DNA of 64,000 nt, taken from the NCBI GenBank assembly GCA_049591615.1, contig JBAWFD010000048.1, forward strand, positions 64,213 through 128,212, written 5' to 3'. The stretch comes from Gammaproteobacteria bacterium. Lineage in GTDB: Bacteria > Pseudomonadota > Gammaproteobacteria > Natronospirales > REEB76. Below the pieces are notes generated by a model. It was not told the DNA's origin and searched no databases. It worked only from the letters and a program-made list of their open reading frames with translations. The position numbers and the translations under genes are program-made. Positions 30,201-37,480 of the stretch are shown here, piece by piece; position 1 is the first letter of the stretch, and each line of letters begins with the position of its first letter.

Positions 30201-30452
30201 CCACACGCCACCGGCGGCAGCGCCAACGTAATAGACATTGGGATCACCGGGGATACCGACAACCGCGGACACCCGGCCGCCACCTACTGCCGGGCCGATA
30301 TTGCGAAATTTAAAGTTCGCTGTGATATCTGACTTCGAAGGTGAAGCGTCGGCGTAGGCTGTTATTGCGAGCGATAGCAGCAAGCACAACATCAGTGCCA
30401 GGCGTATGCGTATACGCACTAATGAAGGCAGGAATCGGATGTTCATGGTCAA
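27234..30452 (-). CDS. Secreted BNR/Asp-box repeat, sortilin/VPS10-like double beta-propeller protein (1072 aa)
   Basis: Signal peptide, then at least 10 Asp-box motifs (STDGGDTWK, SPDAGKTWE, TTDGGKTWQ, STDGGSSWQ, SVNGGKNWR, STDGGDNWQ, TRDGGAHWD, STNNGDQWH...). The C-terminal region of about 170 aa is helical-looking. Confidence 0.75.
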   Translation of the reverse strand: MTMNIRFLPSLVRIRIRLALMLCLLLSLAITAYADASPSKSDITANFKFRNIGPAVGGGRVSAVVGIPGDPNVYYVGAAAGGVWKSTDGGDTWKAVFAHADSASIGAIAVAASNTNLVWVGTGEANVRNDTITGAGVYYSPDAGKTWEFKGLKQAGQISAIVIDPKNPDIVFVAALGNPWGNNPERGVFRTTDGGKTWQKVLFVDDSTGASSIVMQPDNPQVLFAGMWTVRRYPWTLVNGSATGGVWRSTDGGSSWQKLDKGLPTGDTGRITLAMAPSNPEHIYALIPTKHGTLWSSSNLGDDWTMVSDNHALAVRQWYFAGMQVAPDDDNKVYFTSLELMESDDGGKTAHPIDKGVHVDHHAVWIDPQNPQRIIQGNDGGVYLSVNGGKNWRFLDTLPIEQAYMVSVDNQSPFNACLGLQDNSAWCGPSSTLNQRGVTGKNWFTTVGGDGEYAVIAPSDPHIIYADLEDGYTDRYDARTHLSKMIRPTTSYGLQNTSKTLAESEYRFNWTSPIAVSPTDANTVYLGANVLFKSTDGGDNWQVISPDLTRNDKSKQQIPGGPVYHDVSSAENYDTLLSITLAPSAPDQVIWVGTDDGLVQLTRDGGAHWDNVTPKGAPQWARVYQVGVSPFDAGTAYVSFDAHMVNDDRAYVYRTANFGRSWTRITDGLPEHTPVLVVREDPNQKGLLIAGTMTGLYYSTNNGDQWHVLKGDFPTVPVFDLQFVPDTHSLAVATHGRGLFVLDNLRPLEEWNDSISNSDLHLFSPQPGTLFNHWSTDEGQQWSYSAPNAPEGVEFSYYLKAEIKDKDKHHKKGPVAIVITDAQGHTVNTLHAPGKAGLNQFVWDMDYAGPTAIDFIKGAGGEQERGGPQVLPGSYTATLTADGHTQKQTVAVRLDPNVNVSLTDYREQLLMALTMRNQMSALNDMLNRLNAWQSQLNGMGETLKQAGQEKTDVSILAAAGKLNDKISALKNILWDPDFQHDVDEDFLKDLPHFHGELQWNEFFLGGYAQVPSAPFKSKVAELQARLENYMGQFNQLLHQDIPAFNKGAYAAGTPTLLVGKPVVYESPQLPPQ

Positions 30453-30932
30453 TTTCTCCCGTTAAGGTGTAGACATCCCTGCCGAGTAAGTTCTGCTAAA
30501 GCATTTCATGAACCGAGATATGATGAGTATCGTACTCACACCATCGATCGTGATTCTGGCTGCGTGCTTTATACTTCATAACGTCGGCGATTTCTAGAAT
30601 GCGCCCCAGGCCTGGGGAACACCAGCGGTGATTCGAGTCCGTCTTTTGACGCTCTTGCCACGCCAAAATATCGGTTATCGATCACGGTGTTATCGAGCGT
30701 GTGTCAGGTCGACATCATCCACATTAATGGAACGCTGTTACGGCGGATGACAACAAGAAAAACGACAAACAGCAGGCGTTGCTCATAATGATTTTCTGCT
30801 CCGGACACAGAACGTCAGCTCGCTAATCAAGCGTGGTTGCGGGGATACGTAGGTGGTTGGTACGTCCACGTCGTTGTCTGAATCGGGAGACTCACCGTCA
30901 TGCTGGCTGCAGCATAAGCATCCCGGTGTGGC

Positions 30933-30960
30933 TTGACAAACCCGGATTGGGTGTTATAGT
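30933..30960 (+). promoter_or_regulatory. Candidate sigma-70 promoter for the DUF4097 operon
   Basis: TTGACA (30933-30938), 16-nt spacer, TATAGT (30955-30960). It lies 34 nt upstream of ATG 30994, with AGGTG just before the start. Confidence 0.5.
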
Positions 30961-30993
30961 GAGTTACATCACCATTTTACATACAGGTGCCGC

Positions 30994-32247
30994 ATGCGAA
31001 CTCGCCAATCCCTGGTGAACCTGTTGATGGCAGTTGCCTTGGCATTCCCGGCCCTATGGCTGGCTGGCGAGGCACAGGCCGATACCGTCACCACCCAAGC
31101 CATCTTGAACTACACCGGGCCGCTGGGCATCGCCAGCCTCAAGCTGGAGAACCTGGCGGGCCACCTGCGCGTAACCCAGGGCAGCCGCTTGCTGGTAACC
31201 GCCACCGTGGTGGCAGGCGGCAAGGATCAAGCCGCGGCCCAGGCACTCGCCCACAGCGTGCGTTTCGACACCAGCCAATCCGGCAACGGCATCACCCTGC
31301 ATGTGCATTATCCAGTCGATCAGTACACCAGCTTTAACTACCCCGACAACCGCAACAATTCTGCCGGTAACAGCAATTACTGCTTCATCGGCGTGTTCTG
31401 CGTCGATGGTGGCGGCAGCAACCTGAGCTATCAGGGCACAGAAGTGCGTGTTTACCGCAACGGTAACCGCGGCACGCCGCTACATGTGGACCTGGTCGTC
31501 CAGATACCTGCTGACATGTCGCTGGCGCTGGTCAATTATGCGGGTCTCACAGAAGTCAACGGTATCAGGAACGATCTGCGTGTAAAAACCTCCAGCGGCG
31601 ATGTGCGCGTCAGTGACATGCACGGCCAGTTTTCCGCAGATACCGGTTCGGGTGACGTGCATGTAGCGGATCTCACCGGCGACCTCACTGCTGATACCGG
31701 CTCTGGTGACGTATTCGCTGAACATGTGTCCGGCAATGTGCATGCTGATACCGGGTCAGGCGATGTGCATGTGTCCGCGTCACAGAGCCAGATTTTGTAT
31801 GCGGATACCGGCTCGGGCGACGTCACGTTCTCGAATGTCAAAGGTGACATGCAACTCGACACTGGTTCCGGGGATGTGCGGCTGGATGGCGCCAACGGTT
31901 CGTTGCATGCCGACACCGGTTCCGGCGAGGTAATTGCCAGGAATTACATCGGCGGCGAGAGCGTATGGGCCGATACTGGCTCCGGTGATGTATCCCTGGC
32001 CGGTGATCTGTCCGCGGTGCGCAAGCTTTACATCGATACTGGTTCCGGTGATGCCGCCCTCAAGACCACGGCGGGTCTGTCGCTGCATTTGGATGCTTCC
32101 TCGGATAGCGGCGATGTCAATATCAATCTGCCGGACATGCATAATATGGCCATGCATCGTGGAAGTTTCGTTGCGGACTTCGGCAAAGCCGAAGGCAAAG
32201 GCACGATTTCTACAGGCAGCGGCGATATCAACATATCGCATGAATAA
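30994..32247 (+). CDS. DUF4097-type beta-strand repeat protein (putative adhesin fold), secreted
   Basis: 417 aa. Signal peptide ...LWLAGEAQA. At least 8 copies of DTGSGDV at 18-21 aa spacing, plus degenerate SSGDV/DSGDV/STGSGDI copies. Confidence 0.8.
   Translation: MRTRQSLVNLLMAVALAFPALWLAGEAQADTVTTQAILNYTGPLGIASLKLENLAGHLRVTQGSRLLVTATVVAGGKDQAAAQALAHSVRFDTSQSGNGITLHVHYPVDQYTSFNYPDNRNNSAGNSNYCFIGVFCVDGGGSNLSYQGTEVRVYRNGNRGTPLHVDLVVQIPADMSLALVNYAGLTEVNGIRNDLRVKTSSGDVRVSDMHGQFSADTGSGDVHVADLTGDLTADTGSGDVFAEHVSGNVHADTGSGDVHVSASQSQILYADTGSGDVTFSNVKGDMQLDTGSGDVRLDGANGSLHADTGSGEVIARNYIGGESVWADTGSGDVSLAGDLSAVRKLYIDTGSGDAALKTTAGLSLHLDASSDSGDVNINLPDMHNMAMHRGSFVADFGKAEGKGTISTGSGDINISHE
31639..32055 (+). 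repeat. In-frame tandem coding repeats (about 54-63 nt period) inside the DUF4097 gene
   Basis: GAT/GAC-ACY-GGY-TCN-GGN-GAY codon blocks start at 31639, 31693, 31747, 31804, 31858, 31912, 31972 and 32035. Confidence 0.9.
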
Positions 32248-32263
32248 TACCAGAGACCCCCTC

Positions 32264-32992
32264 ATGATCATCCGCCACCAAAGCATTGGTTTTTCAATTC
32301 TGGCATTGCTGCTGTGCGGTTGTAATGTCAATAAGAACATCAATGTGCCGGCCAATGCTCATTGGTCAAGCGGCACCAGCACCATCAATGGTGAAATCGA
32401 TGTCGGCAGCAATGCCATCGTGGATGGCAATCTGCGCACCATCAACGGCCGCATCGACCTGGCCGATGGCGCCCAGGCCGGAAATCTCATGGCGATCAAC
32501 GGCAACATCAGGCTTGGCGACAGCGCACATGCCAGTCATCTGCAAACCGTCAACGGCGAAATCAAGCTGGATAACGATACGCTGACCGGTCAATTGGCGA
32601 GCGTTAATGGCGACATCGTCGTTGGTCACGGCGCGCATATCAGCGGTAATGTTGACAACGTCAATGGCAGCATCATCCTATGCGGTGCACAACTGGATGG
32701 CAATTTGAGATTCTATAACGGCAGTGTCCTGCTCTCCGATGGCAGCGTGGTACATGGAAATGTCACAGCGAAGAAACCGACCCGTGATTATCAGGAATAT
32801 GCCAAGTTGAACGAGCCTGTGGTAATCGTCGGCCCACAGGTCACCATTGATCGCGCCATCACATTTGAGCGCCCCGGCAAGCTTTATGTAAGCGACGCCG
32901 CCGTCATTCACAATGTTGAGGGCGTGAAAGAAGTTAAATTCTCGGGTCCGGCACCCACTGGCATACAGTCGCCAACATGTCCGGCCAATTGA
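32264..32992 (+). CDS. Lipoprotein with about 7 tandem 18-19 aa (T/V)NG-x-I beta-helix-like repeats
   Basis: MIIRHQSIGFSILALLLCGC lipobox. Repeats TINGEIDVGSNAIVDGNLR / TINGRIDLADGAQAGNLMA / INGNIRLGDSAHASHLQT / VNGEIKLDNDTLTGQLAS / VNGDIVVGHGAHISGNVDN / VNGSIILCGAQLDGNLRF / YNGSVLLSDGSVVHGNVTA. An alternative ATG at 32240 overlaps the DUF4097 stop. Confidence 0.65.
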   Translation: MIIRHQSIGFSILALLLCGCNVNKNINVPANAHWSSGTSTINGEIDVGSNAIVDGNLRTINGRIDLADGAQAGNLMAINGNIRLGDSAHASHLQTVNGEIKLDNDTLTGQLASVNGDIVVGHGAHISGNVDNVNGSIILCGAQLDGNLRFYNGSVLLSDGSVVHGNVTAKKPTRDYQEYAKLNEPVVIVGPQVTIDRAITFERPGKLYVSDAAVIHNVEGVKEVKFSGPAPTGIQSPTCPAN

Positions 32993-33122
32993 GATTTATA
33001 CGAGATTGATATGTCTCTGACTATCCCGCACTGCACCTCACCGCCCTAAGCATTCTCATGCAACCGCGTACCTAAACCCGCGGCCTGTTTACGTAATCTG
33101 ATTTCCTATACCGAGGAACACG

Positions 33123-35318
33123 ATGTTCAGCCTCAAGGGACTCGCTTTGCCTGTGATGATGGGCGTGCTGCTGCCAGGGGCCTTGTTGGCTGCTGCCTTA
33201 CCGACACACGCGCCAGTGACGGTCATTGCCGTCAAGACGGGCGACATTGTGCTGGATGGTGAGCTTAATGAGCCTGCTTGGCGTCGTGCGCCCGTTATAA
33301 GGCTGACCCAGCAAAACCCGCACCCGGGCCGACCCACGCCGTTCACCACCACCGTCCGCATCCTGCGCGGCCGGCGGCATATCTATTTTGGCATCGTCTG
33401 CACCGACCCCAATCCGGCAAGAATCGCCGTGCACACCTTGCAACGCGACGCTGATCAATCCAGCGATGATAATGTGATGATCGTAGTTGATACCTTCGGC
33501 CAGAAGAAACTCGCCTATGTGTTTCAAGTTAATGCCGGTGGCGCCATGGCGGATGGCCTAATCTCGCCGGGTTATCACAATTCCAACAGCAATACCCCCA
33601 CTGTGGACTACAGCTGGAACGGTTATTGGGAAGTCGCAGTAAAACGCACAACCACCGGCTGGACTGCCGAGATCAGCATAGACACCCAAAGCCTGCAATT
33701 TAATAACCAGAATGCCGTCTGGGGACTGAACATCAGCCGCTATATACCCCGCGACCAGCTCACCCTCGTCTGGTCCGGCGTCAATCTCAACGCATCGCCG
33801 ACGAATCTGCAATGGGAAGGTGCTCTGAGCGGTATCCAAGGGCTAAACCAGGGCAGTGGGCTGGAATTCGACCCCTATGCAGTCACCGAATATAGCGACA
33901 GCAAGCACGATACTGCCAGCTGGACAGGTTTTGATCTCAAAGATAACTTCACGCCCGAACTGTCGGGCCGGTTTACTTATCATACGGATTTCTCAGAGGC
34001 CCAAGCTAACAGCTTTCAAGTCAGCGCCTCGCCATACCCGCAATCCATCCCTGAAACCCGGGCGTTTTTTCTGGAGGGCGCCAATGTCTTCACCTTCAGC
34101 CACAACCTGGGCCAAAACTTCATTCCGTTTTATTCCCGTAGCATCGGTCTCGTAAATGGGGTTAGCGTGCCGTTGGACGAAGGCATGAAGCTGCTGGGTA
34201 ATACGGACGGCTGGACCTTAGGCGTCCTGGACACACAGATGGCTGGCACCGATATCTCGGATGGCACCAACTTGTTCGCAGGCCGCGCCGTTTACAACAT
34301 CAACAGCCAGTGGCGCGTGGGAACGCTCGTTACGCATGGTGATCCGCTGGGGCAAACGGACAATACGTTGGCGAGCTTTGACAGCACCTGGAGCACTTCC
34401 ACTTTTAGGGACGACAAGAACCTGAATGTTTCAGGCTGGGGAGCACGCTCGTATGGCAATGACTTGCCCGATGGGACGCCCAACGGTTATGGATTCGATT
34501 TGGAATACCCCAACGACCTGTGGTACGCGGACGTCAATTACAACTTCTATGGCGACGCATTGGATCCGGCCTTGGGCTTCATCCAACGCCCCGGCACCAA
34601 ACAGACTTCTGCGGATATCACCTACCAGCCGCGTCCAGCGGCTGGCGGTACGTTCTCATGGGTGCGGCAGTTCTTCTTCAATGCCAACTGGTATTACGTC
34701 ACCGATCTCAACAATCACGTCCAGAGCGACGATTGGTCGTTCAACCCACTCGAGTTCACTACTCAAAACGGCTGGCAGTGGAATACGCAGATCAGTACAA
34801 ACTATGAGGTGCTCGCATCACCCTATGAGATCGTCCCGGACGTAAGCATACCGGCGGGCAGTTACAACTTCGTCGCTAGCCACTTCAACATGAGTTCGCC
34901 AAGCGCGAATCCGCTGGTTGCCGGTTTCAGTGCTGAAATAGGAGATCTCTACGACGGGCACTACCATGATTTCTTCCCGAATATATCCTGGGACGCGCCC
35001 GGCGGGCATTTCACATCCAGTCTATTGTCCGGAGTACTGTGGGTTTACACGCCTCAGGGCAATGGCATCGTGCGTGTATCAGAACTCAATATCGGCTATT
35101 CATTTACGCCGAATCTTACGCTCTCGACACTCACCCAGTACAACAACATCAGCCACAACGTTTCGGAAAACGCCATTCTGCAATGGAATATCCAGCCGGC
35201 TCGCATACTTTACGTGGTCTGGAATCACGGTCTGACATTGAACCCAAACCTGCTCCAAGGCCAGCAGACTATAACCGGCAACACTCTGGTGGTGAAGTTA
35301 ATCTGGGGATTCTATTGA
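33123..35318 (+). CDS. CBM9-like + DUF5916-like secreted/outer-membrane protein
   Basis: 731 aa. Signal peptide. N-terminal IVLDGELNEPAWRRAP...DDNVMIVVDTFGQKKLAYVFQVNAGG resembles carbohydrate-binding family 9 modules. The long C-terminal part is aromatic-rich and beta-type and ends ...LIWGFY. Confidence 0.6.
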   Translation: MFSLKGLALPVMMGVLLPGALLAAALPTHAPVTVIAVKTGDIVLDGELNEPAWRRAPVIRLTQQNPHPGRPTPFTTTVRILRGRRHIYFGIVCTDPNPARIAVHTLQRDADQSSDDNVMIVVDTFGQKKLAYVFQVNAGGAMADGLISPGYHNSNSNTPTVDYSWNGYWEVAVKRTTTGWTAEISIDTQSLQFNNQNAVWGLNISRYIPRDQLTLVWSGVNLNASPTNLQWEGALSGIQGLNQGSGLEFDPYAVTEYSDSKHDTASWTGFDLKDNFTPELSGRFTYHTDFSEAQANSFQVSASPYPQSIPETRAFFLEGANVFTFSHNLGQNFIPFYSRSIGLVNGVSVPLDEGMKLLGNTDGWTLGVLDTQMAGTDISDGTNLFAGRAVYNINSQWRVGTLVTHGDPLGQTDNTLASFDSTWSTSTFRDDKNLNVSGWGARSYGNDLPDGTPNGYGFDLEYPNDLWYADVNYNFYGDALDPALGFIQRPGTKQTSADITYQPRPAAGGTFSWVRQFFFNANWYYVTDLNNHVQSDDWSFNPLEFTTQNGWQWNTQISTNYEVLASPYEIVPDVSIPAGSYNFVASHFNMSSPSANPLVAGFSAEIGDLYDGHYHDFFPNISWDAPGGHFTSSLLSGVLWVYTPQGNGIVRVSELNIGYSFTPNLTLSTLTQYNNISHNVSENAILQWNIQPARILYVVWNHGLTLNPNLLQGQQTITGNTLVVKLIWGFY

Positions 35319-35364
35319 AATGCGCATGGTTTTTGTAATCCATAAATTTTCGCAATAACATCAA

Positions 35365-36336
35365 TTGGAGAAAGACATGAATTTGGTCAAAACAAAAATA
35401 ATCCTAATTGGCATGCTCGCCACTTTTAGTCTGTTTGCTAGCATCACACCGGCTGTAGCGTATTCGATGTCACAACAATACGACATGGATATTTTTGACA
35501 CCTTGCAAAAAAACGCTTGGTATCTACCCACCGCAGATGGACAGGCCAGACTTTACGTTACTTCGTTCGGTCATGGGCCCACTGTTATCGTGCTACATGG
35601 GGGGCCCGGGAATGATTTCCATTACTTAATGGATGCACTCCGACCTTTGGCAAATCAGTACCGCTTTGAGCTGTTCGATCAGCGCGGCAGTCTGCTGTCG
35701 CCTGTGCCTTGTGACGAGGTTTCCAAGCTAACCATGCAGGACTTGGTGAATGATATAGAAACGCTGCGCCAGAGCTTGGGCCAGGAGAAAATTATTTTGC
35801 TGGGGCACTCCTTTGGAACGTTATTGGCAGAGTTTTATTTTAAGGCATACCCGCAGCGTGTCGCCGGGATGGTGTTGGCCGGTGCTGTACCCCCGCGCAC
35901 TCCTGTGGGCGGCTTCGGGCATTTCATTCGTGACGTACATCACAGGCAGGATGAGCTGCAGAAACGCCCGGAGGTCAGCCGGGTCGAACGCGCAGCCGGA
36001 TTGCCCGCGGGAAACGGCGATAAGCTGACGCATCAAGAAGCTATGCATAAATTCAAAATCGAGGCTGCTAGCATCGATCTCTATCATGTGGATCGCTGGC
36101 GAGAACTTCAGGGGGGTGGAGTGTATTACAACCAAAAAGTTGATGATGCGATTGGCGATTCTCTACCGAATAGCTACGATATCTCCCCCGCGCTACGCAT
36201 CCACGCAGTCCCAATCAGTATTATTCAGGGCGATCATGATTACATCGATCCGAGCGCCTCCCTGTGGATTGAGGATATGCACGGCATGGGTAATGTTCGT
36301 GTCTACGTCCTCAAGGACGCCGGTCATTACAGCTGA
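35365..36336 (+). CDS. Secreted alpha/beta hydrolase, S33 (proline iminopeptidase-like) family
   Basis: 323 aa. Signal peptide (start may be MNLVKT at 35377). VLHGGPG oxyanion motif, GHSFG nucleophile elbow, and a C-terminal DHD...GH region. Confidence 0.75.
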   Translation: MEKDMNLVKTKIILIGMLATFSLFASITPAVAYSMSQQYDMDIFDTLQKNAWYLPTADGQARLYVTSFGHGPTVIVLHGGPGNDFHYLMDALRPLANQYRFELFDQRGSLLSPVPCDEVSKLTMQDLVNDIETLRQSLGQEKIILLGHSFGTLLAEFYFKAYPQRVAGMVLAGAVPPRTPVGGFGHFIRDVHHRQDELQKRPEVSRVERAAGLPAGNGDKLTHQEAMHKFKIEAASIDLYHVDRWRELQGGGVYYNQKVDDAIGDSLPNSYDISPALRIHAVPISIIQGDHDYIDPSASLWIEDMHGMGNVRVYVLKDAGHYS

Positions 36337-36695
36337 ATTGATGACCCAGCCGCATTCCAACGAGACCTAAGCGCTGCTTTGCAAAGAATCTTCCGGGCAG
36401 ACTGATTATGATTTCGGTTTGCTTCCATCGGAATCGCCGAGCCCCTGCACCTTAAAGTCGCCGGATTCCTTCACGGACAGCTACAGACTATACACAGCAG
36501 ATCGAAGAAGGCGGCCAGGGGATGTGGGGGTGCGCGGACCCATAGCGCAAAATAAGAAATGAATCGGAGTTATTTCACAGTTATACCAGGGCGTACTCCT
36601 GCAGATGGGCTATACCATGCATCATGTGGACGAAAACAAGTCGTCGGATGAAAATCTTCAGGTATGTGGTCTGTAATTAGCTTAAGGAGTTATTT

Positions 36696-37469
36696 ATGAA
36701 AAACCTCACGACACGATTGATTGATCGAACTCGATCGATGCTTCCTTGGATTATCGGCTTGGCGTTTATAGCTGTTGGTGGTACGGCTATGGCCGATCAT
36801 CTACCGCCTGGCATCCTGGTAATTCACTTTCGTATCCCGCCCGACTATATGGAAAAGCCTGCTGGCTCAGGTCCATACTCCCAAAAGGATATCGAATCAG
36901 CCATGCAATTGGCTAAGATTGGTGATGCGGAAGCGCAATCCAACCTCGGCGTCATGTACGCCAGCCGCGGTGAATATGAGAAGGCAGCGTACTGGTATAA
37001 ACAGGCTGCCATCGCCGGTCTGGACACGGCTGCTTATAACCTGGGAACCCTGTATTTCAATGGTCAGGGATTTCCACAGGATTACGCCAAAGCACATCCG
37101 TGGTTCGAGGAAGCTGCGAGTCGCGGCAATAAATATGCTCAATTTCAGTTGGGCATGACCTATTTCACAGGCCAAGGCGTAGACAAGGACCCGGCAAAGG
37201 AAACATATTGGTATCAGAAGGCTGCCCGCCAAGGCCTGCCGGCCGCCCAATACAACTTGGCGGTGAATTACTACAATGGCGAGGGCACTACTCAGGACAA
37301 AGTTAAAGCCTACGCTTGGATGCTGTCTGCACAGAAAGGCGGTTTGGGTGCTGATACTCAATCTGCTCTGACCATTATGGCTCGAGATATGACTCCGGAA
37401 CAGATCCAATCCGCGGAGAAACTGAGTCACAGCTTGTCGTCAGATCCATGGTCGGACACACGCCAATAA
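36696..37469 (+). CDS. Sel1-repeat (SLR/TPR-like) protein, membrane-anchored or secreted
   Basis: 257 aa. N-terminal TM/signal, then about 5 Sel1 repeats (AQSNLGVMYASRGEYEKAAYWYKQAA, AAYNLGTLYFNGQGFPQDYAKAHPWFEEAA, AQFQLGMTYFTGQGVDKD..., AQYNLAVNYYNGEG...). Confidence 0.85.
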   Translation: MKNLTTRLIDRTRSMLPWIIGLAFIAVGGTAMADHLPPGILVIHFRIPPDYMEKPAGSGPYSQKDIESAMQLAKIGDAEAQSNLGVMYASRGEYEKAAYWYKQAAIAGLDTAAYNLGTLYFNGQGFPQDYAKAHPWFEEAASRGNKYAQFQLGMTYFTGQGVDKDPAKETYWYQKAARQGLPAAQYNLAVNYYNGEGTTQDKVKAYAWMLSAQKGGLGADTQSALTIMARDMTPEQIQSAEKLSHSLSSDPWSDTRQ

Positions 37470-37480
37470 GTACGGGCTGA

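Noticed and set aside
30520-30597. 25-codon hydrophobic mini-ORF MMSIVLTPSIVILAACFILHNVGDF as a real small protein gene.
   Set aside because: No convincing Shine-Dalgarno sequence upstream, and no way to judge conservation here. Kept only as a note inside the 30453-30993 spacer finding.
31639-32055. Regularly spaced about 54-nt repeats, considered as a CRISPR-like or other non-coding array.
   Set aside because: The period is a multiple of 3. The conserved block is the codon string for DTGSGDV inside a signal-peptide-bearing ORF. The spacers are also in frame and similar to each other. There is no leader and no cas genes.
31934-32239. N-terminal 100-codon extension of the lipoprotein ORF (tracked from 31934).
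   Set aside because: It overlaps the DUF4097 gene in another frame. The lipoprotein signal peptide begins at 32264 (or at ATG 32240).
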